Positions 38,991 through 51,057 of a DNA stretch of 64,000 nt are shown piece after piece; positions within the stretch are counted from its first letter, which is position 1; every line of letters starts with the position of its first letter. Origin of the DNA: Camelus dromedarius. Taxonomy: Eukaryota. A model generated the notes under the pieces. That model was not told where the DNA came from. It ran no database searches and saw only the letters and a program-made list of their open reading frames with translations. Made by a program: the position numbers and the translations under genes. The stretch covers positions 117,864,001 to 117,928,000 of the forward strand of contig NC_087436.1 of NCBI RefSeq assembly GCF_036321535.1, in the 5' to 3' direction.

Positions 38991-40099
38991 CCCGGGAGCC
39001 GCCAGCCTGGGCCCCGGGATAAGAGGCCATAAAGAGGAGGCGCAGAAAACCCGCCGAGCCCCGACCCCACTTTGTGTAAATCTTACTTCTCCCCACACCC
39101 TCATCTCATTTGCCTCTATGTTTTTTAACAGCAAAAAATAAAATCACGTTTCCTCCGAAACTGACAAAATAAAAGTTCTCCAGCCCAGCACCAAGGATCC
39201 TCCCGAGAACAGTCATCTTTTCCCGGCCTTCTCTCCCAAATGTGCCTGTCCCACCACCCCACCGAGATCAGCGATCCAGAGACAGCGAGGTGTTATTGTT
39301 TCTGCGGGTGCGCTGTTCGAGGTCATGTTAAGGCCAGATCAGTGTTTTTTGACCTTCTGTTGGTTTTATATTCATTAAGTTCTATATTAAAAGAACTAAC
39401 TCCTTCCCCCAAGCCCGTCGCTGGTATACGTGTTGTAATCCTCCCAAAAGTAGTTCACAGAGGAGAAAGCGCACATCAGGTATGAAACTCAATTATCGAT
39501 TCCGGGTAACAATGTATTCTTATTCTTAACATTCATAGCACCACAGGAGCGTGGCTTAGGCAAACTTCAGTCAGGTGCTTAGAAGACAAAGGTCCACTTT
39601 CACGTAGAGGTAAAGTTTTGAAAATTGAAACAGAAGGAAATGAAGGCGTTTAAAAAAGAAACTATTATGTCTTTATACTGTAATACCTAACCCTGCAGGT
39701 TTTTTAAACTATAAAAAGGAATATGTAAGAAATGGCCTCAATTCGAATTATCGTGGTAGGCAAACTATCCTCTACTATTCACTAGGGAGAAACGGACAGC
39801 AACTGACTAAAGAGAAAGGTAAGAGGAGCGATAAGAGAGAGAAACAGGAAAGTAGAGGGAAAAGGGAGGGGTGGGGAAGAGGGGCGATAAGGGAAGGGTT
39901 GGAGAGGGGAGAGCAGAGGAAAAGGAGCGAGAGAGAATCCAAGACACAGAAAAATAGAGACCCAGGGCGACCCACACGGAGAGAGGCGGCCAGGGCTTTA
40001 GCTCGGAGGAAAGTTTCTCGCGCGCCCCCTCCCCTCCTCTGCCCTCCGCGGGCCGGGCCCTGCCCTGCGCGCCCCCAGGCCCAGGGCGCCTCGGGGCAA

Positions 40100-40200
40100 G
40101 TCCGCAGGAGCGGGGCCCAATGGATCGCGCCGGTCCCGCCCCCTCGCGCGCTGATTGGCCGCCGCCGCGCTGGCTTCGCCTTATTAACAAGTTCTCTGGG
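40100..40200 (+). promoter_or_regulatory. MSX1: MSX1 core promoter
   Basis: CCAAT 40117-40121, GC box CCCGCCCC 40135-40142, inverted CCAAT (ATTGG) 40154-40158, TATA-like TTATTAA 40181-40187, about 260 nt before the ATG and inside a CpG island. TSS inferred near 40210. Confidence 0.75.
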
Positions 40201-40395
40201 GAGCGGCTGCCCGACCCGGAGCCGGCTAGTGCGCCCGGGAACTCGGCCTGCGCCGCGGCGCCAGCGGAGAACCAGGCCCGGAGCGCCAGAGCTGGCCTTC
40301 TGGGGAGGGGCAGGAGGCGCGCGCGGGAAGGCCCGCCCGGCCAGGGCCCCGGGCGCTCCCAGAGGCCGGCCGCGCTCCCAACCCGTCCGAAGCTC

Positions 40396-40467
40396 ATGCC
40401 CGGCGGCTGGCCCGAGCTGCGGCTGGAGGGGGGACCCGGCTCTGCATGGCCCCGGCTGCTGACATGA
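40396..40467 (+). other. Upstream overlapping ORF (23 aa, [23 protein letters not shown]) in the MSX1 5' UTR
   Basis: ATG 40396-40398 in the +1 frame relative to MSX1; stop TGA 40465-40467 overlaps the second in-frame ATG 40464-40466. Translation not shown. Confidence 0.6.
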
Positions 40468-40914
40468 CTTCTTTGCCACTCGGTGTCAAAGTGGAGGACT
40501 CCGCCTTCGGCAAGCCGGCGGGGAGCGGCGGGGGCCAGACCCCCAGCACCACCTCGGCCACGGCAGCCGCCATGGGCGCAGACGAGGAGGGGGTCAAACC
40601 CAAAGTGTCTCCTTCGCTTCTGCCCTTCAGCGTGGAGGCGCTCATGGCCGATCACAGGAAGCCCGGGGCCAAGGACAGCGTCCTGGCGGCCTCCGAGGGC
40701 TCACAGGCGGCGGGCGGCTCCGCGCAGCCCCTGGGCGCCCGGCCTGGGTCGTTGGGCGCCCCAGACGCGCCGTCCTCGCCGCGACCGCTCGGCCATTTCT
40801 CGGTGGGAGGACTCCTCAAGCTGCCAGACGATGCCCTCGTCAAAGCTGAGAGCCCCGAGAAGCCCGAGAGGACCCCGTGGATGCAGAACCCCCGCTTCTC
40901 CCCGCCTCCGGCCA
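40446..40914 (+). CDS. MSX1: MSX1 (msh homeobox 1) coding exon 1, codons 1-156 plus 1 nt
   Basis: Translates [24 protein letters not shown]...[12 protein letters not shown]...[14 protein letters not shown], the recognisable mammalian MSX1 N-terminus. Ends at GCCA|GTGAGT donor (GT at 40915-40916), phase 1; 469 nt. Confidence 0.98.
40626..40646 (+). other. MSX1: eh1 (Groucho/TLE-binding) motif FSVEALM
   Basis: Matches the eh1 consensus FS(I/V)xx(I/L)(L/M). A second eh1-like FSVGGLL lies at 40797-40817 and the conserved TPWMQ motif at 40872-40886. Confidence 0.85.
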
Positions 40915-43721
<2,807 letters not shown>

Positions 43722-43954
43722 AGATGCCTGGGGTCGCCTACTGGGTGCCCGCCGATTCCTCCAGCGCTGGGCTTCAGCAAACAGCAGGAGCCTTCCCCAG
43801 GCGCTCCCTGTTCGGCACCACCTGGCTGCTTCCCTTTAAACCCCACACTGCTCCGATTTTTCCTCTGTTGCTCCCTGAGTTCACTCTCTGAAGTCTGATC
43901 CCCTCCCCCGAATGGCTAGAAGGGTCCCATAAAGCTCTTCCAGAATCTAGATCT

Positions 43955-44060
43955 ACCCCCTTGTGTTATAGATGGGGAAACTGAGGCCAGAGAGGTTGAG
44001 AAATGGATCCTCAGTCCCCAGCAGAGTTCGTGGTTGGACCAGAACTAGAGGCCAGGTCTC
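43955..44060 (-). mobile_element. MIR SINE fragment within the MSX1 3' UTR
   Basis: TTATAGATGGGGAAACTGAGGCCAGAGAGG, the MIR core in minus orientation. Confidence 0.75.
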
Positions 44061-44443
44061 CTGCATTGTTGCCTCCTGTCGTGACACTAGGCAGGAAAAG
44101 CACAGAAAAATTCGTGTTGGAAGATTTTGAAAATGAGAACAGTCAGAGAGAAAGAGAAGAACATGCCTGGATCCTGGGTCCTTCCATTGGAAAACTTAGG
44201 AACTGTAACAGCAGGACATTTGCTTTTGGGGGGGAGGGATGCAGAGATGCGCGACAAAGGTAGGTAGAAGGGACCTCTCTCTCACCAGTACCGGAAAAAA
44301 AAATTGTAAAATAAAAACGAAAAATTCTGTTTCTATTTAACAGTACATTTGGGTGGCTCTCAAGATTCCCTTTGGAAGGGATTGTTGTAATATACTGTAT
44401 ATTTGAAATTTTATTATCATTTATATTATAGCTATATTTGTTA

Positions 44444-44449
44444 AATAAA
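44444..44449 (+). terminator. MSX1: Polyadenylation signal AATAAA (an upstream AATAAA also at 44310-44315)
   Basis: TTGTTAAATAAATTAATTTTAAGCTACA followed by T-rich downstream sequence at about 44480-44510. Confidence 0.8.
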
Positions 44450-47400
44450 TTAATTTTAAGCTACAAGAAATGATCTTACTGATTTAGTCTTTTAATTTTA
44501 CTTCTTGCCGTCTCATCACATATACAATTGCCTTTCAGTTTGATGGTAGTTTGACGCCAGCAACTTTTCAAAGGTGACAAGATATTCAGGGACAGAGGGG
44601 GCTGTCTTTTTGAACATACCCCAGGACAGATCTGCATTAGCAAAGTCAAGTGGAGAATTGAAGCAATTACCTAGGATAATTAGGCTCAATTTTCCAATTC
44701 ACTTTAAGCTGAAATCGACACTTGCTCAGGCGACCCATAACCGACTCTTTCTTTTTTCTCCCCTTTTAACCTGTCTATGAAAACAAAGCGAATCACCCAA
44801 ATGGTTTGATGACTGCAGACAGCTAATCCAGACAATTCCCACCCCCACAAACCTGTTTTTCCCACAGGAGGCCAGGTGGGGGATGGAGAGGCCCTGGTTT
44901 GCTTCTCTAAATCACTGCTGCCTGTGTACACGCGGTTTGTGGAACTAATTTTGAGCTGCCAGAATGTGACCGCCTTCACACTCCTTATTACAACCCCTTA
45001 AAAAACAAAACAAAACAAAACAAAACACTTCACTGAAAACCCAGGGTTGACCATACACTTCCCGCTTTGGTGTGTCCTTTGCAGGATCCCTGCCTACAAA
45101 CTTGGTTTTTCTTTTATATAGTAGGTTAAATGTAGGCTAGCAGAATATATTTGAACAAGTGCCAAGTTTAGCCTTCTGGGGGCAATTGCGCAAGGATGTT
45201 GACCACAGAAAATGACCTCTAGTAAATAAAGCCTACTATGTTCCAGGCGCTGCTCAGTTCCCTTTCGATTTGGGGGCCCTGGCTTAATTTTCACCAGATC
45301 TGCGCCCTCTCCCCACACCTCTGTCCCGCGCTCCCCAACCCCACGCAGGGCAGCTCCTGGAAGCCTTTGCAGTGAGTCTTTGCAACGAACAGCCTACAGC
45401 AGACCAAGGAACCCTACAGCAAAACCCGAAGTACTTGGCGTTAGACTTATGGAGGATGGACTTCTCCACAGACGGAGACTGTCTCACACAACCGGGAAAC
45501 CGAGTCTGGGGCGCCCTGCGGGGGTTTTTATCTCCAGGGGTGGGAGGTCAGCCTAGGAATTGCAGGACAGCAAAGGGTTGCGCCCACGCACTCTAGGCGG
45601 GCTCTCAGCTGGCGCCAGGCAAGTTCCGGGGTACCCTGGGTGTCAGATCCTGCAGCCGCGGCAGCTCTGCCAAAGGTTCTGTCCAGAAGGCTGGGGCCGC
45701 AGTCTGAACTTGTCACAACTACCCTCCCTAAGAAAAGAAAGCAAGCTTGCCTCGGAGTGCAGTTCTGCTGCACTAGATAGTCTAGGGGAGTCCTTGGCTT
45801 CTGCGCTAACACAGGCACGGCCAGAACCCGAGTTGGGCCTCTTCATCCCCAAAAGAGGGGTGTCCCACCTGAAAATGTCTCAGACTCATCGGCCTACTCA
45901 GCCCTTTACAGGCGCTTGAAGGCCGAGGTACATCACTGTTTCTTGCAGACACGGAAAGGATTTCCCTCTTCTATAAACTCAGCAAGTCTAGTGACCCTGG
46001 CTTCCTCAGATCTTCTGGGTTCCTTTCTGGAACACCCTTAGCGACTCTTCTATCCTGAGGGTGGTAGTGAACTTGAAGTCAGACAAGCCCAGGTGGTTCA
46101 TTCCAGCCCTGCCACTTCCTGACTGACTGACTTTGGGTAGGGAAGATCCCTCAGTCTCTCCATTCCTCAGTTTTCTCATCTGCGAAATGGGCCTGAGAAT
46201 CCTTCCCCTGCCCCCAGGATTTTGGTCAAGTGTCAAGGAGCCCCCGCGCAGGAGGTAGCCCAGGGAATACCGGGTGGATCTGAATTTTCTCAGCTCACGG
46301 TGCGTCGGCAACACTGGAGTCTTTTCCACGTGTGCGGGATAAGGGAATGGCGGGGCAGGATCGGGTGTCTCCTCCGGCCGGGCCTCTAGGGCCTCCTGGC
46401 TCCTTGAAACTTGGCAATTTAGGGTCGAAGCAAACTTAGAGCAACATAATTGCAGTAATGAGCAACGGCTCGCGCTCGGCAGACGCGCCGCGGCTCCAGC
46501 AAGGCGGTAGCTGCAGGCGAGGCAGGCGCGTCCCCTTCCCCCACCGGTTTGGAACTCGCCGCCGCCCTGAGACCCCCGCCCGTGCCCGTCTCTGCGCGCG
46601 CCCCAGCCCTTCTGCCCGCCTTGGGTCCGGATCTCCTTCCACTTCTCTGTCTCCTGGTTTCCCCATTCTGTTTCTTTTCGTCCAGCCCTTTCTTTGCTCC
46701 CTTTTTTGTTTCTGAATTCCCTCCCTCTACCAGGCATGCACACATAAGGTGCTCAATAAATGTTTGCTGAGTCAGGGCGGCGCGCTGCTGTGGGGTGAGG
46801 ACCCTGAGCCAGATTCAGCTGGGTCCAGCAGGAATTCGAGGAGGGGCTGGGGTACTGCTTCTCGTCCAGCCTAGTCCTTGGAACGCAGCTGCTTGTTTAT
46901 CACACGAGGGCAGAATGGGCAGGGGTTCCCGGGTCTGATCCTTTACGGATCAATTTCCTTCCCTGGCAGGAAACGTCGGATCAATCGCGCAGAGTAGCCA
47001 CCTACCTCGCTGGGAGGTTTTGATGGAGGAGGAGCCGGCGCTTAACGCAGCCTACTGTGAGCTGGAGTGCCGGCACACGACACCTCCCCCGCGCTCCCCA
47101 AGAACTCTAGGAGATTTTTTATGAGAGAGCATTGCGGTCCAGAGAGGTTACGTGGTTTTCCCAAGGTCACACAGCCAGTTAGGGGAGCGGAGATTCGAAC
47201 ACAGATTCCACTTGGGGATCCACGCTTTCCCGTACTGCCCAGCTCTCACTCGTTGAGGGTCACTTCTTGCCCGACCCGCTCTTTGGGACTGGAAAACGGG
47301 CCGCTCAGAACTTGGGCCCTAGCGCTACGAATTTAACTCCTTCCAGCCCTGACCACAAGCAAGTGCTGTTCCTTGGGGAACAAGAGAGTCATCTCACCTG

Positions 47401-47479
47401 CCCTGCACACTGTGAAGGCGTTTTCGTTTTGTTGGGGAGGAGATGGAAGTCTCAATCTGGAGAACTCAGCTTCTGACCT

Positions 47480-48330
47480 CAGGGGCGACACCAAAGTCCG
47501 TGGTGTGGAAGCCCGCGGAGGACTGAGATGACCAGGCGGCAGGGGGCCAGGGGCGCTCCTAGCTCTGGGTGCAGGTCGGCGGGACCGGCCGGTCGGGGAC
47601 CTGCGAAGCTGGGGTGGGGCTGGAGAGCTCACACTAAGGGCGCCTTGTTCTAGGGTTCGTTTCTCCCCTCGCTGACCGCGGGGCTGAATGCCCAGCTCGC
47701 TCGGGAGGCCCAGTGAAGACACTTACTCACGAGGCACGAGGCGGGAGCCGTGAGTGCGAATCCTACCGCTGTGAGGCTGGCCCTGGCCGCGCAACGACCG
47801 ATGCCCCCTAGTGACCCAAGGCGCGGAGGTGAGGCCGGCCGGGCCCAGGCCTGCGCCCCGCCTGGAGCCCTGGGGGCGCAGTGGGAAGCAGCGAGGAGAG
47901 GCCGCGGCCGCCTTTCAACTTGGCGGCTGGCGCCGGCCTGGCCGAGCCCCCGGGGCCGTGCGGCCTCCGCGGCTCCGTCTCCGCCCTCCCAGCCGCTCAC
48001 ACCGCGGCCGGGCCGGGCCACTCCCCCGACCCCGCCGCCGGCCGCAGGGGGAAGCACCTCGACTACCCCCGTGTCCATTCACCAGAGCACCCCAGTGTGC
48101 CCGTCCCAGACGCTCGGATTTCCTTCCGCTCCACTCGGCTCCCACTGCCGCCGCGCACAGCACCCCCGCTCCAGGCCTACGGCGACCCTCTCATCCCACT
48201 GGCCTGCCTCCTCAGCAGCGCCCTCCCGCGGCCCCGCGGGCCCACAGCCCCTGCCGGTTGCAGCGCCGGTGCTGGACGCTGGACTTGGCTCCCTCCGCTC
48301 TGGAGAGCGTCTGAGCGCGCGCGCGCACCA
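47480..48330. promoter_or_regulatory. Downstream CpG island
   Basis: Very GC/CpG-rich (e.g. GCCGCGGCCG, CGCGCGCGCG) 3-4 kb past the poly(A) site; smaller CpG-rich patches at about 46350-46640, 48930-49150, 49850-50250, 52100-52640. Confidence 0.8.
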
Positions 48331-48712
48331 ACACATCACCAACGCATACACAACACACTAACATACACCACAACTAACATACATCTAACACACATAAAAC
48401 TGACACATGCAAAGCGCGTTACAACCAGCAGTCACTACACACGCACACACACAAAACCAGCACACATCACCAACCATACACATCCAGCCGACAAATACAC
48501 ATACCCAAACTGCGCTTCCCAAACACATGCAATGCAACGCACACTCATGCAACCCACACAGACGCCAAACCACACACAGCTAACACATGCTGCGCACCCT
48601 GCACACACAAACCAACACACATACCCAACCACACAGCACACGCCCAACACCCACAATCAACACACACGCATCCCAATACACAGCCCCAGTTCACAGAGGC
48701 ACACATACACCT
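48325..48712. repeat. Degenerate CA-rich repeat
   Basis: ~390 nt of ACAC/ACAT/CAAC units with very few G; a GT-rich counterpart lies at 20795-21010. Confidence 0.9.
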
Positions 48713-51030
48713 CAAGGCCACCCTTCAACTTCCCTACAAGGGGTTTTGCCACTTTGGACCGGGTGCCACTGACATTCACGCATAATCTTGCCCGGAGGGG
48801 AGTGGTGGAGACCCAGAGATAGACATTGATTGGGGGTTTGGGGGAGATAAGCCCTGAGAAATGATATACTGGGAGGCTTCCAGCCTTCAGAAAGAGACTT
48901 CAGGCAGAGGCCCAGAGAAGCCACTTGGAGACTGGGTCGCGCGGTTCAACACAGCAGTGAGACGCATAGTTCAGAACACAGCGGGCGCGGGCGCGGGGAG
49001 ATCAGCGAAGGACAGGGGGTGGGGGGGCGAATGCCCAGCGCGCGTGCGCGTGGGGTCAATTCCACGGCGCAAAGCTTTTACAGCGAAGCAGCCAGTCACC
49101 CACGGGAACGCTGGGAACTCCTTTCCAAGAACACCGCGGTGACCTCAGCTCTTCTTTCTCCTGCTGGGGTTCCTCCTGGGGAACCTCTCCCCCCAACACG
49201 CCGTCTCACACAACCGCCTTCAGCCTCCTCAGAGAGTCTCGAAATGCCTTCCCAGGAATCAGATCCGACGCCTTGTTGGAGTTGGGCTGAACCCGGTCCC
49301 AAGATCTGGGATGTCCATGCAGACACCCTCGTTCCCCTCTCCCCAGATGAGAAGGTGGTGTTTCTAGAAGCAAAGAGCTTATCTCTGGAGTCAGGCTGTG
49401 TAGTCTTAGGAATCCCCGTTTGGGTACTTATTAGCTGTGTGAACTTGGGCAAGTTACTTAACCTCTCTGAGCCTTATTTTCTCTATATATAAAGTGTGGG
49501 ATGTGGCTACAATTTCTTTGTGTTATTATGGGTATAAAACGAAATGACATGCTTGTGAGATGCTTGGTACTGGCAGGAATTACCCTTCATGATGAGTACT
49601 TAAAAGAGATGAATTTCAAAAGGGTGTGTGTGTGTGTGTGTACTTTCCCAGAGACTCCAAAAGAGCCGGGGCTGAAAAGACGACTCAGACATGGGGTCTG
49701 GAATCCAGATTTATGCTTTTCTGGATGGTGAATTCTAGCAAGTTCAAGTTAATGCTCCTTTCTGAGCCTACGGAATCTGCCTGGGCCTAGAGCAGCGCGG
49801 CGGGATGCAGCAAAGTCCAGTCTTCTCAGGCAGTGAAAGCTGATTCAACGACCGGTTCTTGATTAGGGCGGGGCCTGAATGGGAGCAGACGGCATGATCG
49901 GCCTTGGCTATGAGTGGGTCCGGGCAGCAGCCCCGCCACGGCGCCCTTTGTTTCCCATTTTACAGATGAGAAAACTGTGGCACCAGGGCGGCGCCAGTCG
50001 GTGGCTGGACCCCAACAAGTTGCTTTGGGACCGCAGGGGCTGCCTCCTCCCCCACCAATGGGAAGCGGGTTTTGCAGTCGCGCAGGGCTGTAATCTGGCT
50101 GGGGTTCTGCGCGCTTGGCGCGTAGGGGCTGTGTGTACGCGCGCCGCGCACGGGGAGCTGCAGGCTGCGTTTGCCAGGTTTACCAGGAACCGGGTGGGTG
50201 GGGTTTCGTGGAGGGTAGGGAGGCGCGACCTCAGGGCCACTTCCCTGACTTCCCAGCCGGGTGTCTTCCCCTGTCTTTTTGTAATCGCTCAGATGAGCTG
50301 CCTGGAGGGAAGGCTGGACTCTGCATTTTGGGATGTTACTTTAAAAAAGACACTCAGTTTTCTCGGATGACCCATACACTGCTTCTATCCTCCAGTGGTA
50401 GTTGGGGCCCTTCCAACAAAAAAAACTGCAGGTGTTAGGGACACAACTACTGGAAACAAATATTTGGAGCAGGATGAGTGACACCCCTCTTGCATTCTCT
50501 GAGACTCAGCCTCAATTTCTGTTAAATGGGCACCATGACTCCTGGGAGGACTGGGGAGTGCGAAGGGAACGAGCTCTCCACAGGTTTGTGGGTCTCTTAT
50601 ACCACCTACGGTCCCAAGCTGGGTGTAAGGAGTGACGGCAGACCTGTCCTTCCTGATGTGACTGCAGCTAACACGGATAAAGCCCTTGTACGTACAAAAA
50701 CCATTCCAAGCGCTCCACGTGGGTTATGCCAACGAATCCTCACTACCAGGCAGGCACGCACCATTGGTATCCACATTTCATGGACAAGGAAACTGAAGCA
50801 TAGATTGAGTACCAGGAAAAAGCACACAGCTAGTGAGAGCTGGAGCAGAGCTTCGAAACGAGACACGCTTTGCTGGGCGATGTCACCTAGCCTCTTCCCT
50901 CTATGAGCCCGTTTCCTGGTCCAAGGAACGGAATCGTTTCCAGGCTGATAGAGAGGAAGCTGAGTGACTCGAATCGGAACGTGCCTGGAAAACTCGAGAG
51001 TACGCGGCACAGAGGCGGGATGGTCGTGCT

Positions 51031-51057
51031 TTGCGCTAGTTGCGCTAGTTGCGCTAG
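51031..51057. repeat. 9-bp tandem repeat TTGCGCTAG x3
   Basis: Three perfect copies. Confidence 0.95.

Larger units (their letters stand above)
37100..39080. promoter_or_regulatory. Upstream CpG-rich region
   Basis: Dense CpG at about 37100-38050 and 38450-39080; no recognisable repeats. Confidence 0.8.
43722..44470 (+). other. MSX1: MSX1 3' UTR
   Basis: Follows the stop codon and ends in an AT-rich block with AATAAA; cleavage site inferred about 15-25 nt past 44449, before a T-rich tract. Confidence 0.75.

Noticed and set aside
39775..40655. Long minus-strand ORFs (234 and 282 aa) over the promoter/exon 1
   Set aside because: Stop-poor GC-rich and GA-repeat sequence; low-complexity translations with no recognisable domain.
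46006..46743. 245-aa minus-strand ORF
   Set aside because: Includes MIR-derived text (PISQMRKLR) and purine-rich low complexity; no domain.
47750..48822. 313/203/167-aa ORFs with His/Thr-rich tail
   Set aside because: Translation of a CpG island plus CA-rich simple repeat.
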